From Candidatus Woesebacteria bacterium RIFCSPLOWO2_01_FULL_39_10 (lineage in GTDB: Bacteria; Patescibacteriota; Microgenomatia; UBA8517), in the NCBI GenBank assembly GCA_001793015.1, contig MGHC01000026.1:13829-63694 (forward strand): DNA of 49,866 nt. Direction: 5' to 3'. Numbering within the stretch: the first letter of the stretch is position 1; each line of letters begins with the position of its first letter. The position numbers were made by a program, and so were the translations under genes. This document shows positions 9,931 to 19,775 of the stretch, in pieces. The notes below the pieces were generated by a model, which was given only the letters and a program-made list of their open reading frames with translations, did not search any database and was not told the origin of the DNA.

Positions 9931-9947
9931 TGTTACATTATAATCTA

Positions 9948-12900
9948 TTATCTGAATACAACCGTGTCGGCAAAGTTGTAGTGTCGGGGATAGCGAGATT
10001 GAAAGGTTGTGTTACCGCACCTGCTGGCCCAAAATGACGGCAGTTGTACATAGAGAGCATTTCCTTCTGCAAAACTTTCGTTCTGGTTAGAACCAGCGCT
10101 AGGATATGAGCAGAGAGGGGGTGGCTCAAGCGTTGGCGCCCCTGAATTTATATATCGAGACATCCAGCTTCCGTCGATTGCATCGAGGTGATGAGAGGCC
10201 TCATGGGTTAATATGTAGGTTGCATTATCTTCTCTCGTCAGTCCACCACTATCAAAGCTAATATCGCAAGTTGCGCTATGAGAGTGATATCCCCAAGCCG
10301 CTACAGCGGGCGGGTTGTAGCAAAGATTGACGGTTCCGCCACTGCATACTTTTGAAACAAAAACTGGATATCTTGTAACAAGCCTATTTATTGCTCTTTG
10401 TAAATTGTTTTTATAACCAGAAACAACGGCGCTAGAATTCCAACTGGATGCGTTATCGCTGATTACAAAACAACTCGATGGGGGGGATCCTATTATGACA
10501 GAAACCACCCCCAACGAGGTTTGGGAAGTTCCTGAAGGTTCGGTAGCAGTTACAGTAAATGTGTCGGAGATTAGTGAGTCATTGAATTGGCCTCCTGTGT
10601 ACGGAACCTCGTAGCTTACTAAATAGGGTTGAGTTGCTGATATTTGTTGTGGCGCAGCCGCTGCAATTGAAGGAAAGCTCTGAAGCGGTCCAGATTGAGG
10701 ACCTGCTTGAATATTTGTTTCTAAATCTTGGCAATTTCTAGTGTAGCTTGCATAAACCGAACAAGTGTTAGAAAAACTTATGTTGGTCAAAGTTCCCTGT
10801 AAAGCAGTTATTGTAACTGTATAGGTAACAGTGTAAGTTTGGTTGTTAGCAAGTGGGCCAGAAGGGTTTGCCTCTTTAAAAACTCCGACATATGGATTTG
10901 TTAAAGGTCCTCCAAATGGCGCAAATGTTTGGTGCGGGGGGACGACGAAGGCGCTGTTATTAATAATTAGAATTATAAAAATAAAAAGTAATAGTACTGT
11001 GATTAAAACAATTATTACGGCTTTTGTAAAAATTGGCGCAACAGTATAAACAAGACCTAAGATCATTGAATGAACAAAACCAACAGCCTGTGTTCCAGCT
11101 CCTGCAACTCCGACCGTACTTAAAAAGCTCGAACCAAAAACAACGCCTCCGACCAAGGTCACTGCAAGGCTGGGCAATACGATACCGCCCAACATTATTA
11201 ATGCTCCCATTACCATATAACCATTGCCGCGGTCTTCCTCACCTAAAAGTTTTGGAATGATTGAAACCGCCTTTTTAATTACTGAAAGGACTATTCCTGC
11301 AGCTTTAATTGCGATAGTTACTGCTGTTCCTATTCCGCCAGTAGCTACACCAGTGACTGCACTAGCAGCAAGATTAGCAAGAACTTTACTGCCTGTTTTT
11401 ACTGCAACTTTGGTCACGGTTTTCTTCCCTTCAGTCTTGAGAGATTGCACGACGAGTTTTTTGACTTGCGATTTTGCAACTCCAACGGTTTCGCCAACTG
11501 CAGTTTTTACAATTGGGGAGAGAATTTCTTGCTTTCTTTCAAGCGTTAGGGTTTGAAAGGGAGGAGAGGGAATTTTTGGTGCAACTTGTTCTATTGTAAT
11601 TTCAGGATGCCTAAATGCTAACTGTAGATTTTTGGTTAATTCCTTTTCTGATTCTTCTAGGCTAGCGATAATGTCCGAGCTTATAAAGAAGGACTCCTTT
11701 TCTTCTGGTGTGAGAAATTTGGCCTTAGCTACTTTGTCAATTAAGTCATCACTCCTTCCTCCCTGAAAATAAATTCTTAGCGCGGTTGTAAATTCCACGC
11801 CGTTAAATTCTTTAGAGATTACCCTTGCGGCTTCAAGTTCGTTTCTGGTTACTAGGTCAAGATCAAAGTGTCCGGAATCCTCTACGTGTTTTAAATGTTC
11901 TTTAACGTCCTCCCTGTCTCTAGCTTTTTTTGTTTCCTCACTTTCCTCGACAGTTGGTGTAAATGTTAGATAAATTCTCTCAGGAGCTTTTTCTCCGCCA
12001 GCAAGAATCGGATTGCCTTCAGAATCTAAACTAAAGTAAAGACCTGATTCTACTTTCAAGTCTCCTTTTTCAAGTTTTTCTACAAATCCCTTTTTAAAAT
12101 TCTCGTATCCTTCAGGTGTCTCAACTTTTTGTTGGGATTTTGGTTCTTCCTTATCAGTTCGTTTAGCCCTCTCATCAACTGTTTCTGTATATATATTTCC
12201 TGCTTTGTCTTGCCAAACTAAATGGTAAGTCTTTTTACCTGCCTGCGCAGGCAGGTCTTCTTTTGTTGGAACAGCAAATACATCGTAGTTTGTAATTCCC
12301 GGCCGAAGTTCAAAGGTAGTTGGTGCTTCGAGTTTCTTGCTCGCTTTTTCAACTTCAGGTCCCTGGCCTTGGGGCTTACTTTCGTCTGGTGGTTTCTCGG
12401 GCTCCTTCTTCGCATCCCGATCCTGTCTTTCTTGGTTATATTTTTCTCTTTTAAAAACTTCACGATAGGCTTCATTAATGTCCCTAAGAAGTTCACCCCG
12501 CCTGTTATATTCCTCTTGGGATATCTTGCCTTCTCTAAAATCTTTGTCAATTAAATCTGGATGAAGTTCCTTTTGAAGCTTACGATAGGCGTTTTTGATA
12601 TCTGTTTGTGACGCGGCATCAGTTAACCCGAGAGCTGCGTAATAATGAGCCGATTTTGACTGGCCTGGAGCCCCTTGGCTTTTCCTTCTGAATTCGTCGT
12701 AGTACCTTCTTTTTTCCTCGTTACCCAACGCTTCATTAGCTTCTTGATAGTATTCGTATGCCATTTTGGCTTGCTTGAGCTGTTCTTGTACTTCGCTATC
12801 GGGCACGCCTCTTTCTTTTAAACTTCTTTCCAGCTCGTCCAGGTTTAAAAGTTTCAACCCTTTGTTATATGCAACTTCGATCTCGCGGCCAGTTGCGTTT

Positions 12901-13256
12901 TCGTTTACTCCGAGCTGGGAGTAATAATCATTTTCGGGGGTTACGGGGGTTATAACAGTTGGGGGTTCCTCTTGTTTTTCTTCTTCTTCTCTACCGCCGC
13001 CTCCGCCTCCACCACCATAGTAGTGTTTTTTATGCAATAGTGAATAAAGGATTTTGTAGGCTGTGGGGACTTTGGCTTTTGAATCGTATTCTAAGGCTAG
13101 TTCTGGGTTAGTTTTCCACAATTCCTCGTATTCTGGCTCATGTTTAGTTAGTCTGGGGTCTCCATCAGGACCTAAAAGTCCATTTACATCTGCGATAAAT
13201 TCTATCTCTCTATCTTTATGGCCTTCTTTTAATATTGCTCTTGCTTGATCTTGCAT
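9948..13256 (-). CDS. Large membrane protein: two cytoplasmic J-domain-like modules, a TM bundle, and an extracytoplasmic HExxH gluzincin-like domain
   Basis: 1102 aa. The J domain with an intact HPD is HYYAALGLTDAASQTDIKNAYRKLQKELHPDLID (HPD codons at 12555-12563). An upstream degenerate J-like copy, DYYSQLGVNENATGREIEVAYNKGLKLL, lacks HPD. Hydrophobic helices span aa about 625-770. The C-terminal domain has THEASHH (10188-10205) and a downstream NESFAEGNA motif that could supply a third zinc ligand. Confidence 0.7.
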   Translation of the reverse strand: MQDQARAILKEGHKDREIEFIADVNGLLGPDGDPRLTKHEPEYEELWKTNPELALEYDSKAKVPTAYKILYSLLHKKHYYGGGGGGGGREEEEKQEEPPTVITPVTPENDYYSQLGVNENATGREIEVAYNKGLKLLNLDELERSLKERGVPDSEVQEQLKQAKMAYEYYQEANEALGNEEKRRYYDEFRRKSQGAPGQSKSAHYYAALGLTDAASQTDIKNAYRKLQKELHPDLIDKDFREGKISQEEYNRRGELLRDINEAYREVFKREKYNQERQDRDAKKEPEKPPDESKPQGQGPEVEKASKKLEAPTTFELRPGITNYDVFAVPTKEDLPAQAGKKTYHLVWQDKAGNIYTETVDERAKRTDKEEPKSQQKVETPEGYENFKKGFVEKLEKGDLKVESGLYFSLDSEGNPILAGGEKAPERIYLTFTPTVEESEETKKARDREDVKEHLKHVEDSGHFDLDLVTRNELEAARVISKEFNGVEFTTALRIYFQGGRSDDLIDKVAKAKFLTPEEKESFFISSDIIASLEESEKELTKNLQLAFRHPEITIEQVAPKIPSPPFQTLTLERKQEILSPIVKTAVGETVGVAKSQVKKLVVQSLKTEGKKTVTKVAVKTGSKVLANLAASAVTGVATGGIGTAVTIAIKAAGIVLSVIKKAVSIIPKLLGEEDRGNGYMVMGALIMLGGIVLPSLAVTLVGGVVFGSSFLSTVGVAGAGTQAVGFVHSMILGLVYTVAPIFTKAVIIVLITVLLLFIFIILIINNSAFVVPPHQTFAPFGGPLTNPYVGVFKEANPSGPLANNQTYTVTYTVTITALQGTLTNISFSNTCSVYASYTRNCQDLETNIQAGPQSGPLQSFPSIAAAAPQQISATQPYLVSYEVPYTGGQFNDSLISDTFTVTATEPSGTSQTSLGVVSVIIGSPPSSCFVISDNASSWNSSAVVSGYKNNLQRAINRLVTRYPVFVSKVCSGGTVNLCYNPPAVAAWGYHSHSATCDISFDSGGLTREDNATYILTHEASHHLDAIDGSWMSRYINSGAPTLEPPPLCSYPSAGSNQNESFAEGNALYVQLPSFWASRCGNTTFQSRYPRHYNFADTVVFR

Positions 13257-13265
13257 TTTGATTGT

Positions 13266-15188
13266 CTAGTACACTGCTGTGCGCGTAGTATTTGTAAGGA
13301 CCGTTGCTTGTTCAAGAAGCTCAGACGGTTTTGTGGTAACTAGTTTGTGCTCTTCGGGGGAAGCAACGACGGTGATTGGTGCGTGGCTTGTTCCTGCAAA
13401 AAATATACCCTCACCAATATTCGCCCCTAAAAGTAGTTGTTTCTCTCCTTGAGAAAGGTAAAAAACTTCGGCAACACGATCAACGGCCGCAGGGGACTGT
13501 TTAAATAAAACCCTTAAAGCAGAATTTGTAACAATTGCTTTTCCAATATCTTGAGCCAAAAAATCCTCAACGTCTTGCGTAATAGTTGTTAATCCCAAAT
13601 AGTATTTTCTTGCTCTTTTTACAATAGACCAAAGAAACTGTGCTGAATCAGCAAATCTCATCATGTGCCAGGCCTCATCAACAACCATCAAGCGTGGCTT
13701 TAAGTCTTTTCTTATTCGTGTCCAGATAAAATCAAGGATTACAAACATGGCAATTGGGCGCAATGTATCTTGTAATTCCCGAATCGAAAAAACAGTAAAC
13801 GGATTTTCCAATTCAATATTTGTCTGCTTATCAAAAATTCCAACAAAGGATCCTTTAACAAACTTTTCAATTCGGGCAGCTAAATCCAGAGCATCTGTCG
13901 TTTCCATTCCGGTAAGAATCTTATAAAGATCTTCCATTAGGGGAGGTTCTTTTGTTTGGGTTTCAGGGTCCTGTGTTATTCCCTTACTCCTGTAGGTTGC
14001 AACAAGCGCTCTGTCCAATAATGCTTCTTGGAATGGGGTTATTTGACCCATAATGACTTTAAAAAGAGAATGGAGAGATAAGATTTTCAAACCGAGGTTA
14101 TTTTCTCCGGCTTCATATACTTGCGATAAATCAAAAGGATTAATTTTAGAAGGAGAGTTAAAAGAAAAAGCGATATTTTGGCCTCCGACGGCATCTGATA
14201 GTGCTATATATTCACCTTCCGGATCAATAATAATAACTTCGGTTCCCAACATAAGGGATCGTACTGACTCAAGTTTTACAAAATAGCTTTTCCCAGCGCC
14301 CGAAGTCGCGAAGACCGTCATGTTTGAATTCTCTAGAGAAAATCTGTCGAAAATAATAAATGAGCCGTTTTGAGTATTAATTCCGTAAAGAATACCTTTG
14401 TCGCTTGAAAGTTCAGCTGAGGTTAACGGAAATGTGGTTGCCAAGGAGGTCGTATCCATGTTTCTAGTAATTGATAATCTGTCCAGACCAAAAGGAGCGG
14501 TTGACAAAAACCCATTTTCCATATCTAAAGTTGCATGCTGAGCGCGTATTAACAATGATCCTAAAGTTGCTTCAACCTGTTTTGTTATATGATTTAATTG
14601 CTCAAGATCCGCAGCCCGAATTGATATATAGAAACCGAACTCGAAAAAATGTTCAGCTCCTTTTACAAGCTCGTCTTGCAAAAGCCTTGCGTCCTCAAGT
14701 TTTGAAGTTGTTCCTGGGTCAACTATTTTCCCTCGCTCAAGGTCCGTTGCCACTTCAGCCTCCATTTCAGCAACTTTTCGCATCAGATCATCCAAAACAT
14801 TTTTCCCCTCAATTGGGTAAATGAAAAACGATATATCCAGAGAACTATTAAAATTCACAACCTGCTCAAGCCAGCCAGGAGACACAAATCGAGGGTAGCC
14901 TGCGATAAAGAGCGTTCTTAAATAAACGTCGTTTATTTTAAAATAGTCGAAATCCACCTCTACTGCAGAGGATGCAACAACATCAAGAACTTCCATTTTT
15001 TGGTTATTTATTGCCTCGACAGGATCTTTAATTGACGGCTTTTTAGTGAGATCTGAAACGGCTGGTTGAGATTTTACTTCTGATGCGACCTGAATTTTTG
15101 GCACAATGGGAATTGCTTGAGTATCAGGTTGGGGAGGAACCTTTTTTTGCTCAGGCTTTTTATTTCGTTTAAAAAGATTAAATTTCAT
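13266..15188 (-). CDS. virB4: VirB4/TrbE/TraC-like type IV secretion ATPase
   Basis: 640 aa. Walker A is ATSGAGKSYF (about 14281-14309) and Walker B is LMVVDEAWHMM. QFLWSIVKRARKYYLGLTTITQDVEDF follows them. Length and motif order fit VirB4-family ATPases. Confidence 0.8.
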   Translation of the reverse strand: MKFNLFKRNKKPEQKKVPPQPDTQAIPIVPKIQVASEVKSQPAVSDLTKKPSIKDPVEAINNQKMEVLDVVASSAVEVDFDYFKINDVYLRTLFIAGYPRFVSPGWLEQVVNFNSSLDISFFIYPIEGKNVLDDLMRKVAEMEAEVATDLERGKIVDPGTTSKLEDARLLQDELVKGAEHFFEFGFYISIRAADLEQLNHITKQVEATLGSLLIRAQHATLDMENGFLSTAPFGLDRLSITRNMDTTSLATTFPLTSAELSSDKGILYGINTQNGSFIIFDRFSLENSNMTVFATSGAGKSYFVKLESVRSLMLGTEVIIIDPEGEYIALSDAVGGQNIAFSFNSPSKINPFDLSQVYEAGENNLGLKILSLHSLFKVIMGQITPFQEALLDRALVATYRSKGITQDPETQTKEPPLMEDLYKILTGMETTDALDLAARIEKFVKGSFVGIFDKQTNIELENPFTVFSIRELQDTLRPIAMFVILDFIWTRIRKDLKPRLMVVDEAWHMMRFADSAQFLWSIVKRARKYYLGLTTITQDVEDFLAQDIGKAIVTNSALRVLFKQSPAAVDRVAEVFYLSQGEKQLLLGANIGEGIFFAGTSHAPITVVASPEEHKLVTTKPSELLEQATVLTNTTRTAVY

Positions 15189-15193
15189 GATTA

Positions 15194-15862
15194 TTAACTG
15201 AAAATATCCTTTTCTTTTACCGGCGACTCAGGGTTATAGACATTGTAAATAAGTTTAATCAGATCTTCGCTTGCAAGGGGACGTAACTTGATTTGTAATC
15301 TTCCAGCCTGACGTATTAAGTGGTCCCTTCTAGGAAGGAGTGCAATTTTTGCTTTTCTGACAACATAGGATTTTGGATACGGAAGCGGGCTCTTTTGCCC
15401 TGAAGGTCGAAGAGTTGAGAGTATCGATTTAGCTACACCCAGTTCGTAAGGCGTAAAAGGAATAACAACGTAAAACTTTTTACTTAAAACGTTTTTCTTT
15501 TTGATCGCATCGAGAATAAACATCTTATAATCTTCCATTACACTAAATAGCTTTGGGTTCTTAATTTTTTTTTCGGCTTCGGTTAAAAATTCCATATATC
15601 GGGAAATATCCTTTTTCTGAGTTCTTACAATAATTTGCGTTGGAAAGTTAAAAGAGTTTAGAAGTCCCGCGTAACTTGCTATAACGGCATTCTGCTCCCT
15701 TTCGCTCAAAAGTCCAAAATTAAGTGAGGTCGACTCCATGATTAAAGCTGCGCCCCCGTTTTTGTAGATAACCACACCGTCAACAATATCTGCAATAGGA
15801 ATTAAATCTTGGGTTGTTGAGGTAAGGGCTTTGTCCGGTGTTGATAAAAACGGTATTGTCAT
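15194..15862 (-). CDS. Hypothetical T4SS-associated protein resembling the N-terminal domain of VirB4/TraC-type ATPases
   Basis: 222 aa. DLIPIADIVDGVVIYKNGGAALIMESTSLNFGLLSEREQNAVIASYAGLLNSFNFPTQIIVRTQ follows the pattern seen at the start of Gram-positive VirB4 homologs. It has no Walker motifs and sits 6 nt upstream of virB4. Confidence 0.45.
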   Translation of the reverse strand: MTIPFLSTPDKALTSTTQDLIPIADIVDGVVIYKNGGAALIMESTSLNFGLLSEREQNAVIASYAGLLNSFNFPTQIIVRTQKKDISRYMEFLTEAEKKIKNPKLFSVMEDYKMFILDAIKKKNVLSKKFYVVIPFTPYELGVAKSILSTLRPSGQKSPLPYPKSYVVRKAKIALLPRRDHLIRQAGRLQIKLRPLASEDLIKLIYNVYNPESPVKEKDIFS

Positions 15863-15947
15863 ATTAAATGGTTATTTGTTATTAGTTATTGGTTAGTTCG
15901 CTTTAAACTCTTCATTATCTTAATTACTTAGTAACTTTAATAACTTC

Positions 15948-16946
15948 TTAACTTGATTTCTTCGCCCATATTGCAATCGGTGGGATAATTTCTCCTTTTG
16001 CCTCGATCGAGACCGGTTCAAAAATAAGTCCTTCCTTTTCCGTTAGTATTTCGTACCTACCGTCAGCTAATGGAGTTACAATCATAAAATGGCCCAATTT
16101 GTTGCTTTTAAGTGCTCTGGCGGGTCTACCTTCAGTATCTTTTATTTCAAGAATTGCATTTTCCACGATTTTTCCGTCAGGATCAACGACCTGCCCGACG
16201 ATAATATTTGCTTTAGTAGGCGGTGTAGGAGGAGCTGACTCTGGTGAAAAAGTAGCAGACTGTAGATTATCACTCTTTGTTCCAGCCATAGGGTTAACAA
16301 TGGAACTGGTTAGGCTAGAAGGGGCAACAAATAGCTCAACAGGAGGCAAGTCTTGTATCTTTTCCTCATTAGCTACCTCAAGAGGCTGGATATTGGGAAC
16401 CTCGACTTTTTTGGGACTTTGTTGAGATTCTGGAAAAACTGGAGCGGGAGAAACATCTTTTGCAAAATGTTGGGAAATTGAGGTCAGAATCTCCTTTTCC
16501 TTTTTTTCGAGTTTTGTGAATTCAGGAGGATTTACCGCGTCTTCATCGGGCGTGACAAGCGGTTGGATAGGAACTGGTAGTTCTTGGGTGGCCGACGGTA
16601 GGGTAACGGGAGCAACGTTTAATATTGGCTCAGCGGAAAAGTAGGCGGGCTTTTTGTCAGATTTTCTCCAGGTATAAATTGTCGGAGAATAAATTGACTT
16701 AATAAATAAAAGTATCCAGGTTGAAAGCGGTCTATTCTGAAGTGGGAAAAAGGCGAAGGCAACTCCAGCCAAAAAACAAATTATGATTAAAGGCCATTTA
16801 ACATAGGATGGGAGTGAGGAAGAATACAAAAGAAGTGCAAGAAGTGATCCAGCAGCAACTTGAAAAAATTGCTTTAACGTCATGTCTCCCACCAACTTGA
16901 ATTGGAAGGAAGAAATTTGTTGTGGTATCGGATGTTCTAGTTCCAC
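15948..16946 (-). CDS. PrgI/VirB3-like membrane protein fused to a Pro-rich linker and a CarboxypepD_reg-like beta-sandwich
   Basis: 332 aa. The N-terminus IPQQISSFQFKLVGDMTLKQFFQVAAGSLLALLLY plus a second TM helix matches the PrgI-family layout. The C-terminus IIVGQVVDPDGKIVENAILEIKDTEGRPARALKSNKLGHFMI is typical of the carboxypeptidase-regulatory-like fold. Confidence 0.6.
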   Translation of the reverse strand: MELEHPIPQQISSFQFKLVGDMTLKQFFQVAAGSLLALLLYSSSLPSYVKWPLIIICFLAGVAFAFFPLQNRPLSTWILLFIKSIYSPTIYTWRKSDKKPAYFSAEPILNVAPVTLPSATQELPVPIQPLVTPDEDAVNPPEFTKLEKKEKEILTSISQHFAKDVSPAPVFPESQQSPKKVEVPNIQPLEVANEEKIQDLPPVELFVAPSSLTSSIVNPMAGTKSDNLQSATFSPESAPPTPPTKANIIVGQVVDPDGKIVENAILEIKDTEGRPARALKSNKLGHFMIVTPLADGRYEILTEKEGLIFEPVSIEAKGEIIPPIAIWAKKSS

Positions 16947-16997
16947 TGCGCGTTAGCACAGTACATAGCACATAGTGCATAAAGCAAAGCACATAGG

Positions 16998-17375
16998 CTA
17001 AGACTGCGTTTTCCTTTCTAAATTTTTCATCATTGTTGTAAGTATTTTTGCGATTTGGTTATTTTCTTCGATAAATACTTTAACGGTTTTGTTATCAAAC
17101 ATTCCCAGCTCTAATATAATTTCTAGCCAATATTCGGTTTCAAAACAAGAGCCTCTCGCTATACTTAGAAATTGTCTGTAACTTTTATCATAATACCTTC
17201 CGTAACCTTCTGCTATATTTGCCGCTATAGAACTTACACTTCGTAAAAGTTGTATTACTAAAAACTCTTGTGTTTTTGGGAACCTTAACTTCGAGAAGTA
17301 CAGACTTGTCTCAATTGTTAAACTTTTTGCTTTTTGGTAAGCTACCAAATTTTTATAGCTGGCTATCTCAATCAT
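16998..17375 (-). CDS. Four-helix-bundle protein (23S rRNA IVS protein / Avd family), copy 1
   Basis: 125 aa. It has AANIAEGYGRYYDKSYRQFLSIARGSCFETEYWLEI, the family signature. Confidence 0.8.
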   Translation of the reverse strand: MIEIASYKNLVAYQKAKSLTIETSLYFSKLRFPKTQEFLVIQLLRSVSSIAANIAEGYGRYYDKSYRQFLSIARGSCFETEYWLEIILELGMFDNKTVKVFIEENNQIAKILTTMMKNLERKTQS

Positions 17376-17482
17376 GACCTTTGTGCTATGCGCTTTGAGC
17401 TATGCTCTATAAGCTTCAGCTTACAGCATGAAGTTATATATTCAACCCCAAGCATTTTTCACAACCCATTATTTAGTTATTT

Positions 17483-19744
17483 TTGCCTCGAGATGGTAAA
17501 ATATCCTATATGCCAGAAGAAGGAGAAGGAAACCCTGCAAGTATGGGTGACGATATGGAAAGAGAACAACTACCAATTGGTGAAACTCCAGAAGGTCAGA
17601 CAGGCCAAGCTAGTAGTGGTGAAATTCCGACGACACCCGATAGTATATCTCCGGTAAGTCCAGAGAGCCAACCAGAAAGTTCTGCAGAGTCCGAGTACAG
17701 TAGACTTCAAGCCGAACTTCGAAAAACAAGAAAAAAGCTCGCAGAGGAAGCAGAAAAAGGCGGAGCAACAGGCTTAACAGCTGAAGCTTATTTACGCCAG
17801 TTAGAGTTTCTTGACCAGATAGCTGAAGCACAAGCCAATACTGCATTTTATGATCAAGCAACATTTGAACTTGCAGAACTTCAAACACCAGAAGTCTTTA
17901 GACTACCAACTCCTGCGAGAATGTATGAAAGACTTTCTGATGAGGAAAGAGGGACCATAGGGAGAGGGGAATATAATTACTCAAACGACAAATACAAAAA
18001 CGATGTAGAAAAATGGATGGAGGATAGGATTCGAACTTTAGAATCAATAGAACAGCATTTTGAGGAGCAGCCCCAAGCGTACCAAGCTTTAGTAAATGCT
18101 ACTTTCCACTTTTCGCACCGCACTGAAACGAGAACATTAGGAAGAAGAATGAAAGAAAACCTGGACAAACGAAGAATTATTCGGAGAATGGTTAGAATTC
18201 GGGAAGAGGCAGGGGTCCAAGGTTTTTCAGATGTGAGCTCTGCTCTTAAATTTGAGCACCTAATACATGCCTTTAGTTATGAAAGAATTTCAGGTGACGT
18301 AGAACGCGAATTCCAAAACTATGAGCGTATGGGAAGGATTTTGGCACGGAGAAGAGACCTTTTTGGGAATTTAGATCCGGATAGTCAGGAGGGCAAGGAT
18401 CTTAAAAAAGAAATAGATGTTAAAGAAAGATACATTATTGATTATTTTAAGCACGGTGGAGTCGTGGAGGATAAAGGACTTGAGACTGCATATGCACTGG
18501 GGGGCAGAGATAATTCTGAGGATTTTTTCTTTAGGTTGGGCAAAGAAATACCTGATTATGAAAGAGATTACTTAATCGACAGGCAAATTAATGTGTTGGA
18601 AGATGGTGTAAGCGACGAAGCAAAGAGAAGGGAAAGATCTATAGTTGCCAAATATAAGAAAATTAACGAAAAACAAAAAAGAGGACTGCCAATTTCAGAT
18701 GAAGAAAGACTTAGTGATGAAGAAACCAAACTTTTAAAGCTTTTAGAATTTAGAAACAAAGAGTGGGCAACAAAGTACACCGGAGGACTCTATAGTCTTA
18801 CTGGAAGAGCTGCCGCTCAGGGTATGCGATTGGGTGGTTTGGGGGACTTCTATTTGGAAAGGCTTCTTAATATTCAGAGATGGTTCAAAGGCCATAGGGG
18901 TTTAAGAAGAACGGAGGGTATATGGAAAGGCGTGGGAAAATTTGAGGGCAACCCTTTTGATATGGGGCTAAGAGACCCCCTTACCGATATGCTCAAAGAA
19001 GCAGAAGATGAAAACCTTCAATATCTTCAAGGGTTGGGTTTGAATAATGTGGATTTCATTAAAGTGAAAGATGAAGTAGGTGAAGAAATAAATAAGATCG
19101 ATAAAATAATTAGTTTGGAACATGTAAAAATAGGAAGTAAAGATTTGTGGCAAGAATTACTTGATAAAAGGCTAAAGACATATGAAGGAGTGGTTGGAGT
19201 TAATGCTGATTACGAAGCTAAGGCAGAAGTAACAAGAAAGGTGGCTTTACTACCTTATTTACTCAATCCAACCGATGAGAAGTTAATAGCTTTACAAGAT
19301 TACTTTGAACATATGGGGACGGGTGAAGAAAAAGTTGGTTTTACAAGGAAAAACGGAGAACTAGTAGCAGGTAAAACAGAAAAAGTGTCAGGTATAGAAA
19401 CAAAACATATTGAACTGGGAGAAAGAACTCTTGAGTGGATGAGGGCAGATAAAAATGCTCCCGAATCAATAGAAGCCTTAAAATATTCAAAGTTACAAGA
19501 GTATCTTAACTTGATAGATCTAATGTCTAAGGAAGAGCTGATAAGTAATGAAAGAAGAGACTTTCTTTACAAAGAGTATTTGGGAACTTCAATAAAAACT
19601 TGGGCTCAGACAAAAACGCAGGTGGATCAGATGGTAGGCTTTATTTTTCGAAATCCCGAAACCCGGGCATTGAACATAAGTAATTTCTTATCAAACCTTT
19701 TGAAACGACTTTTCGGATATGTATTTCAAGAAGAAGCAAGGTAA
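17483..19744 (+). CDS. Hypothetical highly charged soluble protein (the only plus-strand gene inside the locus)
   Basis: ORF track, 753 aa starting at a TTG. The first ATG is at 17510 (MPEEGEGN...). It is rich in E, K and R, has no TM helix, and I recognise no family. Confidence 0.55.
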   Translation: MPRDGKISYMPEEGEGNPASMGDDMEREQLPIGETPEGQTGQASSGEIPTTPDSISPVSPESQPESSAESEYSRLQAELRKTRKKLAEEAEKGGATGLTAEAYLRQLEFLDQIAEAQANTAFYDQATFELAELQTPEVFRLPTPARMYERLSDEERGTIGRGEYNYSNDKYKNDVEKWMEDRIRTLESIEQHFEEQPQAYQALVNATFHFSHRTETRTLGRRMKENLDKRRIIRRMVRIREEAGVQGFSDVSSALKFEHLIHAFSYERISGDVEREFQNYERMGRILARRRDLFGNLDPDSQEGKDLKKEIDVKERYIIDYFKHGGVVEDKGLETAYALGGRDNSEDFFFRLGKEIPDYERDYLIDRQINVLEDGVSDEAKRRERSIVAKYKKINEKQKRGLPISDEERLSDEETKLLKLLEFRNKEWATKYTGGLYSLTGRAAAQGMRLGGLGDFYLERLLNIQRWFKGHRGLRRTEGIWKGVGKFEGNPFDMGLRDPLTDMLKEAEDENLQYLQGLGLNNVDFIKVKDEVGEEINKIDKIISLEHVKIGSKDLWQELLDKRLKTYEGVVGVNADYEAKAEVTRKVALLPYLLNPTDEKLIALQDYFEHMGTGEEKVGFTRKNGELVAGKTEKVSGIETKHIELGERTLEWMRADKNAPESIEALKYSKLQEYLNLIDLMSKEELISNERRDFLYKEYLGTSIKTWAQTKTQVDQMVGFIFRNPETRALNISNFLSNLLKRLFGYVFQEEAR

Positions 19745-19775
19745 GCGAGCGAAGCTTCGTTAATTTGATACATTA

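Noticed and set aside
12990-13020. The poly-Gly (G8) tract of the J-domain protein as a slippage-prone repeat.
   Set aside because: It is encoded by mixed GGN codons (the plus strand reads ccgccgcctccgcctccaccacc), not a homopolymer or perfect trinucleotide repeat. Phase variation is therefore unlikely.
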